Origin: Amphiscolops sp. MND2022
Lineage: Eukaryota
Reading direction: 5' to 3'
Length of the DNA: 64,000 bases
Assembly: GCA_964187785.1 (NCBI GenBank)
Contig: OZ076414.1
Location: 68,138,001 to 68,202,000, forward strand
Within the stretch, counting starts at the first letter, position 1. The number at the start of each line of letters is the position of its first letter. Of the stretch, positions 1-10,440 are shown piece by piece. The position numbers were made by a program, and so were the translations under genes. The notes under the pieces are model-generated. The model was not told the origin of the DNA. It was given only the letters and a program-made list of their open reading frames with translations, and did no database searches.

Positions 1-1875
1 AATGATGAACGATTCATGCGAGAGTCTTACAAATTTCGCAAGACGTGGTGAGATTTTTCCACAAAATGCAAGTGTAACATTTTATAACCTATGAAACCTT
101 ACAGATTCAAAATCTTGAAAGAAACACATTTTGCCTCATTTTGGGTTTCTTCATCTTCGTTCACTGACTGAGAATCTATCGAAAAAGAGGCCTTCAGAGG
201 AACCCCCATTAGTATTCGAATATCTCCCACATTTGACCAAGGAAGCTCAAGTGTGATTGATCCATTCACCCACGAGTGATCCATTGAACAGTACGATGGG
301 AAGTCGCGACCGTCAAAAATATATTCGCAATCTTCACATCCACTGATGCCATTGATTGGTAGAAAATCACGATATTCTGTACAAAATAGAAAGAGAAACT
401 TTCAATTGCAAACTACGGAAAATATTTAAGCTGTTTACAGTAAAATGACTAAAATCCATAAGAATAATAGTCTTGTTTATTGATGAAATATGATCCTGGT
501 CACAAAATGATATAAATTTGATGCTTGTGATCCAAATAGCGTTTTGAAGACTTGCGCTTTCCAGATTTGAAAATTTCTGATCAAATTGGATGACAACGAC
601 GATTAAAACACAAAAATATCACCTTTTAGACACCTGTAATATGAAGATTCAGTGGTCGATCTTTCAAATATTAAACAACCAAGTGTCGCCAATAGCAAAG
701 CAAGAACAATCAGTGTAGAAATACGAGATTGAACTAACCTGTATACAGGACTGACTCTGTGTATTTCGGTGACTGAAGCACAAGACTCAAATTTTTACAA
801 GAAACTTTTTTTTTTTACAAAAAAACGATATTTCTGAGCACTGTAAAAGCAGCAAGGGCAATTTTACCCGATAATTTTAACTACACAAATTATATTATTT
901 GGAAAGCGAAACTCAGAATGGACCTGTTATTCTGAAAATGCGAAAAATGCCTAACTCAGAATGCAAAAATATGCTATTTTCTTGTGAAACTGGAAAATAT
1001 AGCTTACTGGTCTTCCAAGCCTACCGCTGGTTCGAAAGCACTTTTGTCCGCTCGTCAATACGGTTAATTTGATGAATACCGGTAAAGATTATAGGTATCA
1101 ATGCTTTAGTAGCTCTTGAAGTTTCTGTATGAAATCATCTGCAATCTTTGACCTTTTTTTTCAATGGCATTGCTGAAACTATTCAAGTATTTTGGAAAAT
1201 CAACTCAATTGGGACACCCAAGCCTATTCTCATCATAGAAATTAGTTTGATTGTTCCTCTCATGGTGAACTGAAGAACCGCTTTTTGTCAATTCACTGAC
1301 TCCTTAACGCCAATGCATCAAGTTACTTCTTGCCAGCTTTCCTATGGGAACTTTTTATCCATTACAGTTATTATCCACTACATAACCTATCATCCACTGC
1401 AGTTGATTAAAATAACACAACAAAATGGGAAATTTGCAACTTGATAAAACGAACCGACTCTACTCCAACTGCTTTCTAAAAAGAGCAAAAAAAAACTGGA
1501 TTACACTGCCTAAAGCTATCAAAAAATGAATTTTGTCTATGCTACTGTCTAAGTCTAGTAATCATTTTTACCCAATAAAAATTACAAAATGGAATACAGT
1601 GTTTGTTTGAATCAATGCTTTGAAGCAAAGGTGTTTTTTTCTGAAAAACATTTTTTCAATTTTACTAGTACAAAAAGATGTAAGATTTTACCTGAAGTGT
1701 TTTGCTCCCTTTTCAAAGATTTTTATATTTCATTCGATGCATTGATTGAAGAAATTTTTTGGTTTTCCTCGAAAAAGAAACGTAGAACTCGCCACTAGAA
1801 CGAGTCTCATCTGATAACTTATACATATTTGATCTCGAATGAAGCCATAGATCTAGTGCTTAAAAAAGGGGATGA

Positions 1876-2393
1876 TCCTAGTTGAGACTGCTGGAACTTT
1901 TTACATGCTGCAGGCCTACATGCAGGGCAATTTTTTTTATAAAACCTAGAAAATTCAGTAAGGTTACGGTGGTAAATCTTGTAGAATTACACTGCATTTC
2001 CATAACTGCAATTAAATTTGAAAATATTTCCCAATTCACACATTGATTTCTCAAATACTCATCCAATTTAACCACCGCTTCTCAAATAGGACGCTGAAGA
2101 TGACGCTAGTTTGCTGTTTACATTGAAGTTAATTTGCATTAAAATGGCGGCAAAATTGTTGACGTCTCAGCTGCATTTAAAATTAGAACTGATGCATATT
2201 GAAACTTGCAGAACTTCACGGCTTGAAATTGCCGCCAAAACTTTGATGATTCTTTAAAACAGCTTGATAAAAGTCGGTGACAACAGGGAAATATTAACGC
2301 ATTAAAGTTTCCGTAAGATATTTAGATTATCATAATAAAAGTTGCTGGCAACGTTAAAGTACATGTAAAGAGTTCAAGCATGTTCAACAAGGG
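1876..2393. mobile_element. Non-autonomous DNA transposon (MITE), CACTA/EnSpm (CMC)-like, solo copy
   Basis: Imperfect TIRs (T/C)CCTAGTTGAGACTGC ... GCATGTTCAACAAGGG; 2-bp direct repeat GA on both flanks (1874-75, 2394-95); the same ~520-550-bp sequence recurs at 53799-58472. CCCTA termini with 2-bp TSDs fit the CMC superfamily. Confidence 0.8.
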
Positions 2394-2821
2394 GAGGCAA
2401 TAAAAGAGAAAATTATTACTCGGGTTGATACCTTTGATACCGTGACTCATACTTGGCTTTTCATCCCGGATGGCGCTTTCAATTGGCGTTACTTTCGAAA
2501 CACGACATTCACCACGCTTCTCATCACATTGGAACCATGGCTAATCATACATGGACGTTTCCGCACTACATTCGAATTATTTCATTTTTGATGTAATCAA
2601 AAAAAGTACTTAAACATCTGGAGGTTTCGCGTTAAAAGCAGTAACATAAAAGAGCAGTTTTCGAAAAAAGCAGTAATATAAAAGTGGAAATTTCCACAGT
2701 GTTCCTTACTGAGTCTTCGCAAGCAAAATTGTAGTATTCACTCTTTCTTGCGGTAATTCTTCCTAAACTTTGAATGAGTTTCTCAAATAAAGTACATGTT
2801 TTGAGATAAATACGCTCTCAC

Positions 2822-3031
2822 TTTTTTTACAGTGCACACTTTTCTTTGGTGGGTTAATGAAATATGTAACTCACTGCTCCGAAAACTTTTTCGAAGGTCG
2901 TCGCCATTGCGATGAAGAATAGCACAACAACAACTGCTATTGAAGAACACAGAAGCAATCTCTTCTGGTTCTGTGACAAATTGGAGCAACTTCTTACCAT
3001 GTTCGAACAACCACAGGTATTCCTTTATTGC
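2822..3031 (-). other. Possible isolated exon of an unidentified host gene or pseudogene
   Basis: 210-nt stop-free stretch (AIKEYLWLFEHGKK...VCTVKK) bounded on the minus strand by ttttttgcAG and GTgaga, both in phase 0; no family recognised. Confidence 0.3.
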
Positions 3032-3545
3032 CTGCAAAAAACAGGTAGTATCTGATATATCTTGACAGTTTTTAAAAAGTTTCGTTGCTATGGTGTAATG
3101 TATTTTCTCCTCATCTCCATTCCTTTCTCTCGTATTTCAGACTTGTACTAGGTGACCCGCCAAAACGACACTTTTAAAATTGTTGCAACCTTAGTATCAT
3201 AAACATTTGTCAAAAAGATGTGTAACGTTCCATTACAGTTCATTTTGTTGGACGTAATTCATTCAAACCAACATCCGACCTAGTTACAACATTCGAGAGG
3301 TTTGGCAAAGACTTCGATTTCGTGGCGTTTTTGGATTGGCAACTCAGTTCAGACTGGAACATTTTTACGAGACGCATTTTCATGTGAACAAAAAAAACGC
3401 ACGAGAAAGTTTCGAGTTTGCAACTCTCAAAATTGCAAATGTTTGTCAACAAACGTTTCGAAACACTTTTGAACTCAGCTGTCAATCATTCGATTCGATT
3501 CAGCATCTTTCACGCTTGAAAAGACTGGTCAAGGCGTTTATACTA

Positions 3546-4266
3546 TGTAATGGAAAGCGCTGAGCGTTTATTCGCTACAAGAGATGGAGGAACCGAAGCT
3601 ATGTGTCAAGATTCGGGACTAATCACCACAACTCCAGTCCATTTTGTCCTCCTAAGGAATGCCGTTCCCGAGAAGGGAGAACCAACTCTAGGGATGCTTT
3701 CTGACCTCTTCCGGTCTGTAACTGCTACTAGTCACATGAAATACGCTTTTGCTTCGTACCACTGCGTAAATAGCCTGTAAAAAAGGGGTCAAGTTGCATA
3801 GAACTAAATTAAACAATCCAGGTAGGAATCTATCGTAAATGACATCAACATTAACAAGGGTAGCTCTCGAATCAAGAATTCATCAAACAAATCAATAAAC
3901 ACATCAAAGAAGAGTTAAAATCCAGTTTGGCGAATTGAGTCTAGGTGGCATGGCACTGGTTCTCGGGTTCGGCACAACCCTGGGTCCGGATATTGCAATT
4001 ACTCGGACATGCTGATTCTGTACGAACTGCGATGGGCACCGTGGAAATTTGCGCACAGGCTACGGTTTTTCGGTTCCGTGACGTTTCAAGCACTTTTTCG
4101 ACATTCCGTTTTTTCCGCCTCGCGGGCTCTGCTCGCGCACCTTCTCTATGATTTTGCGGGACTGGTACCTCGTGAACTCATGTTTGAGGACCACGTCACT
4201 TTTGAACAAATTTTTCAGAAAATTGTCAAACTTCGAAAATTTTGTTGATCACAGGGTGCCGTTACA
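3546..4266 (-). repeat. 3' LTR of element A
   Basis: TGTAAT...GTTACA ends; direct repeat of 21942-22664 (about 5% differences by eye over the first ~170 bp); minus-strand AATAAA at 3567-3572. Confidence 0.93.
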
Positions 4267-4280
4267 TCCACTCCCTGGGC
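4267..4280 (-). promoter_or_regulatory. Polypurine tract of element A
   Basis: Minus strand reads ...CAGGGAGTGGA directly before the TG of the 3' LTR. Confidence 0.6.
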
Positions 4281-4911
4281 TCCTGGCTTTTCGTCCCTGG
4301 CAAGCATCGTGGGTTCTCATTTGAAGACAGGATACTGCCCATGTTGTGGATACATCTTGAAGTTGACGTGCCGTTGCATAGAACAGCCACTTTGAAGACA
4401 TCGCCTTTTTGGATCTTATTGCTACTTTACTACAAGACCTAGTATTTTTACAAAAAAATCAAGACGTTTGTTGCACCAGCTTGAGAGCTAGAATTTTTCA
4501 GGATGCCTGAGCAATCTTGAGCACTGGTGATGACTAAAATGTCTTTTGCGGCAAGTACCAGCTAAAATGTCTTTGCAACGATTTGTTTCTTACAGTTTTT
4601 TTTACTAAAAACATCTTTTTCTCAGGAGCGTATAAGCTTCGTTCAGTGAATAGACAGTCGATAGAACGTACAAGACTCAACTAGAGAACGACAATTCGAT
4701 TTAAAAGATTTTTTCCAACTTCGCTGTGCTTTCGCACCTGGATTTCTTCCTCGGGCAACGCCAAAAGCGTTCGTTGAAAGAGAACAGTGTTTACTTGATT
4801 ATTTCTTTTTTAAAGAGCTTTGTTAATGCATTACTGGCACAAGGGGCAGGTGCACTCGATGACCATACACCCGAGGCATAAAGTCAAATCAAAATGTCTA
4901 ACTGATAACAG

Positions 4912-7900
4912 TTAACTAAAATTGCACAAATTGAATGCAGCACCGTAATAAGGCTGTAGAGTTTTCTCAGAGTTTCGTTGGAGAAGGCCTAGCTGCTTCC
5001 TTCGATTGGTTGGTGAGTCCGCAGATTCACTAAGGCAATGACAGTTCATTTGAATGGTTGGATCATTGAATAGCAGACTTATACCTTCTTCGAGGAGAGA
5101 CTTCTCGTGGAGGTGATGCATCGCTCACAGACGCTCGTCTGACTGGTGAAGGCACAACAGTTTCGGCATCGGTATCGATGGTGAGTTCACCAATGGGTTC
5201 AGCCAGCTCTACGTTGGGAGTCAGCTCTGCTGCATGTTCGCCGGAAGGGCTAGGGGTCACAGGCATAGCTGTTTCGTCTTCTGCAACCTCCGCTTCCATT
5301 GGATCAGCATTTACTGTCAGTGGTTGCTCTAGTGACATCGCCTTAGTAGGAGGCTGTGACATTTGCGGAGCATACCGCGCGGCGCGCTCCTCTTCAGCAC
5401 GGTAGTTAGCTGCTAGGGCGACACGCTTTGATATCCAGCCGGTTTGCTTCCAAAGTGTACAAGCTTGTTTCCATATGTCGAAGTTGCTGACTTTAAGGTT
5501 GAGGCAACCTCACTGAGTGCAAGAATCTAGAAAAACATTTCATTCCACTTTTGTCAATTCTTGAAACGCATGTGTTATAATACATTTCAAGAATCCACAT
5601 AAGACTACCACAGATTTGTTGCAGTCACCGTTTTTCCCCGATTGGCGTCGTAATGCACCCCTCAGCTTTTCTCATCCCATTCAGCGCGCATTTCCGCGCC
5701 TAATACCTGGTTCACTATGTCTAACAGTGGCATGTCTCCAGACATAGTCATGCGTCCTTGTGGGCGCCAGACAGGCTCATATTGCAGGGGGGCCATTCGA
5801 CGCGACAGGTTGCGATTGCGTATTTGTGCCGCCACACTGATCCATTTGGGCACATTGGCTACGTCTAAGTGCCGTAGTTGGTGGTTCAGTAGTTGCTTCC
5901 CAGGTCCAATAGGGCGCGCACGAGGATATCCCACTGGTTCCTTCCAGTAGCGATTGGGCACCTGGATGAATTTGAATTGGTAGTCCGAACGGACATGTGG
6001 GCTAATTCGTAGGCATGAGTCTATCACTTTCTTGATAAAGTCTGATGACCAGGGGAATCGGAACGGTTGTCCATAGAGGTCAACTGGAGCGTTGTACCAG
6101 TTGATGGGACCGTATTCCCGTGGTAGAACAGCGGCTTTGCGCGAACGGGCACGGACAACGGCCATCATGTTCTCTTCCGCTTGTTGCTCGGTTTTGATGG
6201 TGGTATATGCTTGGGGCATTTCGCCACTAAGTGTCTCCCGTATCATCTGATCGTAGTTCATGGGTGGGCTTCCTTGAAGGTACGTGAAGATAGACACTGT
6301 CGCCATGTGTACCGCTAGGGACACAGGCTTGGTTGGATAGCGCAACAGTCCTAGAGGTCCAAAGATTGGATTTAAGACAGGAGCTACTACTGGGACTAGA
6401 TCTTCACCTCGGCTAGCGTCAGGTCCGCTAGTTGCTGCGGCATTGGAAAGCCGGGATTCTCACGAGGCAGTTGCGCATCTGAATCGTGTAGTGGTTGAGC
6501 TTGGTCCACTCCTACAAATAAGCCTGATGCATAGACCAGTGTTGAATAGAGCCAATGTTGCACTGAAGTTCTCATTCGGAACAGGTGCTCAGTGTAGTTG
6601 TGTCCGTTCTGCAGGAAGAGGATTTCTCCACATTCAAACAGGCTGGTTAGCTTTCCTTGAGCCAGAACTAAATTTGTATAAAATCCAACACCCCACTAGA
6701 GGTAACCAAGTCTACAACAAAGGCTAGAGGACCAGCCACAAACTTGGTGGGGCCAAGGGCTAGCGCGAGGGCTAACACCTCGTTCACTGAAGTTCCGTTG
6801 AGTACATCAGTAAATTTTTGTAGGTGTCCGTCAGTTAGGTTGAAATCGTCTGCAATGACGTCCATGTGCCAACCCAACCCGAAACTCGTTAACAGTGCAT
6901 GGAAGGAAACGGACAATGTTCGGGCTGCCTTTTCTAGGGTAACCGTGACTAGGCGGTCGTTGTTCCAGTCTCCGTATGTGGCCTCTTTGACTTGCACCAG
7001 TTTATTGAGAGTGGCACCAGCGGCATTTTGATGATTTCCGTGTTGTCGGCAAATTGAATTTGGGGAATGGTTCGTTCCACCTCACGGTTAAGTGGCCATC
7101 TGCCTAGCTGGTCCCAGACTGCCGCGAGGTCTACCTTAATGGTGGTGGGGTGTGCTTCACGCACTAGCCAGTTGTATCTGCGCATATTCTCGAATTCTGT
7201 TTTGGTTGCTTCTGGGCTAGTTCGGTTCCCCGTTTCATCGAAGGTTAGCGTGTCTAGACGCATTCCATGGTAATAATATATCGCATCATCCCATGTCAGT
7301 TGGCCATTGCCACCGCGTTCCACAGGTTGTAGCAGGCGTGATATTGCTGCCAAGTACGCGTGTACTGAAACTGCAGCAGGGCGCAAGTCGGCTTTCACGA
7401 AGCGCAAGTTAGGCGAACACAAATAGAATTCGGTGCTGTGGGCACTGCAAACTTCTGTCAGTATATAGACGAACTGTTGAAACATCCCTCCCCAGTACAG
7501 CATTACAGGGGGAGAGACAAACAATGCCAGCACCTTCAGGTGGGTACGGAGCAATTCTGCCGCACGTTCCATTGCAGTTGCTACTCGGTGCAACACTTCA
7601 ACTACCTCGTTCCTTGCCGCTTCGTTGGTTGACATTTCGCGCAGTATACGGGGCAGGCTTTCTAGTAGACCTTCGCAGGCCATGTGGTCCATCAAATTGG
7701 CAAAGATAATTCGCCTGGGTGGTGGTTCTCTCTGAGGGCCTTCGGGGTCTGGAGAGAACATGGCAATGGCCACCTCTACCATTTCGGGCAGTCGTGACAA
7801 AGGCATGGTCACGACCAGTACGTCGGGAATGATGTAATCAAGTGGACGGTCGCATGGCACCGTTGAATCAGTCATTACGCAATAGCGCGTGCGATGAATT

Positions 7901-9580
7901 GCCTCTTTTGAAACTAGTTTTTTTGCTTCCAGACTTCTGGGATACTGACTATGGGTTTCCCAGGTTTCGCCAGGATGTAGCGAGTATCTGGCGCTTTATT
8001 GCTCGTGTAGATCATTCTGCATGGGGCGAAGATAGTTGTCATGAGCTGTTGTCAATCGTCTTACCACTCGTTGTTCCCATGCCGCCTCGCCGGTAGCAGC
8101 GTTGAAGGGGCGCAGAGTTCGTGATAGATGGACGATTATTGACAGTTTTCTCAGTTGAGCTTGATTGACGCCTGTTGGCGGCACTTTTTGGCGGTCACGG
8201 AATTGTCGCTCGTTCAATCGAGGGGCGACCTGCCAGATGCGATTAGCAATCCTCGTTACCACGGATCTTGACACATTGTCCGATTGCGGATAGTACGGAG
8301 GGCCCGTGAACTTCTTTCCAGACTTTGCAGTCGATGAGTCGACGACGGCACAGAGTTGTCAGTACTCTCAGGCACGGTGGCGGGGCTTTTAGCGTACCGC
8401 TCCAATACTTCACTCATGGCCATTCGAGGTTCGGGTACGCCTTGGTAGCCCACTTTTGGTGGCTCTTGAATCACCACAGAGCGAAGCACGCTATTTCGTT
8501 TGTCTGGCGGAGGACGGCTCGTTGGGCTGTCGCTGTTGCTATCCGATTGAGTCAGGTCATGTGGCGAGGCCCTCTTGCGACCAAGTTCCTCGTCAGAGAC
8601 GGTTGATAATCCTGGAATTGGCGAAGGAGCTCGATTTCTGGTCGCGCTGGTACCAGGAGTGGTTGGATCGATGCTTAGACCTCGACTTTCCCTTGTAGTC
8701 AGGCAGCCTTCAGGTTGTCCTGTAGTTACCAGGAGGTTCTGTAAACCTGGCATTTGTCTGGACACTGTCTCAACGGAATATCTGGACTCGGTGTAGTTTG
8801 CTACCGCTTGCAATGCCTGAATTACAGCTTGCTCGCTGGGAGTCCTGTGCGACATGTCAGGTGCAGTTACACCAGGGCGCGTGGAAGGTGGTGCAGAGGA
8901 TTGTATGGATTGTACTCTAGCACTGGAGTTCTCTGGATCCAATCGAGGGGAGCACTAAGAATCATGTGCGGCGCATGGGTCGCGGGAGCACTGGCATAGG
9001 GCGCTACTTGGGTTGAGGGTGGTGCCACTGCTTGTGCACTTGGGAAGTACATTGGCTGAGTTCCCGCTTGCGGGATTACTTGCGCTTGAGGCTGAATCAC
9101 TAGATGTGCTGGAGGCAAGGGCTGTGGCATTGGCACATTTGCAAGCGGAATTCGCAGGAATGCCTCCTGCTCGATGGTTGTCTGCACACTGGGACCTCTC
9201 ACTGCAGTAGATCGGTCATCTAAGAAAGGGTGGGTTAGGTCATAGCCATCCCATACTCCATTTCGACAGGTCATAGTGCGCTTATATCCTGCCACAACGG
9301 CTACTACGGATACGGCTAAACTAGGTAAAGTGGGCTGGGTCTCCAACTGCGCTAGGAGAGCAGTGATTCCGGCCACAGCCGCCGGCGAAGTGCCATTGCG
9401 CAGCCTCTCTTCAATGACCTGCACTTGATTGATTCGCTGTGTTCGAGCAGCGTTTTGACTAGGCTGGGCATGGGCAGGCATAGCTGCAGGGGCCGTGTGA
9501 TGGAATGCCATCTTATCATGGGTCCAAAAGTAGGTGTTCATTAAACCTATCATACGGATGCTGATTAGCGCCGGTTCCAT
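4912..9580 (-). pseudogene. Accessory ORF2 of element A (~1500 codons, frameshifted), contains an SGNH-like domain
   Basis: Chain of same-strand ORF pieces 8867-9580, 8256-8942, 7996-8274, 6949-7875, 6668-6997, 5662-6345, 5063-5362, 4912-5121; the gaps I translated continue as coding in shifted frames; no env-like signal peptide or TM helix seen. Confidence 0.7.
7330..7890 (-). other. Degenerate SGNH/GDSL hydrolase-like domain
   Basis: Block-I-like YCVMTDS (in-frame extension upstream of the called ATG), block-III-like PRRIIFANLMDH, LFVSPP, and block-V-like DLRP followed by AYLAAISRLL. Confidence 0.55.
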
Positions 9581-9804
9581 AAGGGAACTCGTCAGAGGAA
9601 AACATGATTATGAGTAACGATAAACTAAATGCAAGAATGCTGAAGGCATCCTTGACCAGGTTTAAATAAAGTGAGTAATGACTAAGTTAGGTGAATAGCA
9701 CAGTAAAACCATCTGGAACAACCATAATTCACGGTTGGTTTTTACTTGGGAGATGGCAACAAGGTGGTCTAACACCTACTTCAATGCCTAGAATAGACAC
9801 ATAC

Positions 9805-10240
9805 ACGCGGTTGTGTAGTACTACGTGAATGTTCGTGTCTACGAACAAGTCCATCATCACTCGATACAGATTAGCTAATGAGTTTACTGGTCTTTCAGGG
9901 TCCAGTAAGGGAACGTGGACCTGAGAAACTCCTCTGTCCTCCAACCATGCCACCAACTTCCTCAAGCATAGTAGGAAGTCATCAGCTATGAACGGTGCAC
10001 GCTGATTTGCGCGCGTGATCAGCAGGTGTATCGTTTGGGCGGGTTTATTGGTAATCGTGGGGGTCAGGGTAAGTATTTCTGCGACTTGTGGGCGCAATGA
10101 GAACACTTGTTCTTTGCCACATTCCCGTAGCACGTAGCGCAGCGCTGCCGAACTCGTTTCCAAGTCCGCTGGACACGTCAGGGCAATATGCCCTTGGGCT
10201 TGCAAAAAATCAGTGGTATCGTATGAGATATATTCCACCA
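9805..10240 (-). other. Macrodomain copy 2 (TARG1/OARD1/Poa1p-like), divergent
   Basis: VEYI..D / HIALTCPADL / CG..QV / IHLLITR / FLLCLRKL...GVSQVHVP / MDLFVDTNIHVVLH align in order with recalled TARG1 ITYVKGD / SLAHCISED / FG.VQE / IYYLITK / LQKSLEAM..NGVTDLSMP / EEVFEATDIKITVY. Confidence 0.75.
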
Positions 10241-10440
10241 TTTCGGGAAGTAAACTACCTGGATACACTATTTGCCGACCAGGTCCGTTGTCCTGTGGTA
10301 TACACACACGTCGGGTGTGACCTTGTATCGCAGCTAGATCCTGCCATACAGAGCGTGGTAGTGCTTGGTTGTCTACGTTCGCTCGAACCCAGGTGTCCAG
10401 CGTGCTTACCGCTGCCTTAACTCGCAAGGGTTCCCCAAAA

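Noticed and set aside
99-1400. Host gene on the minus strand
   Set aside because: Coding-looking patches have stops in every frame and match no family I recognise.
4912-9580. env gene for element A
   Set aside because: No signal peptide, cleavage site or TM segment seen in the translated pieces.
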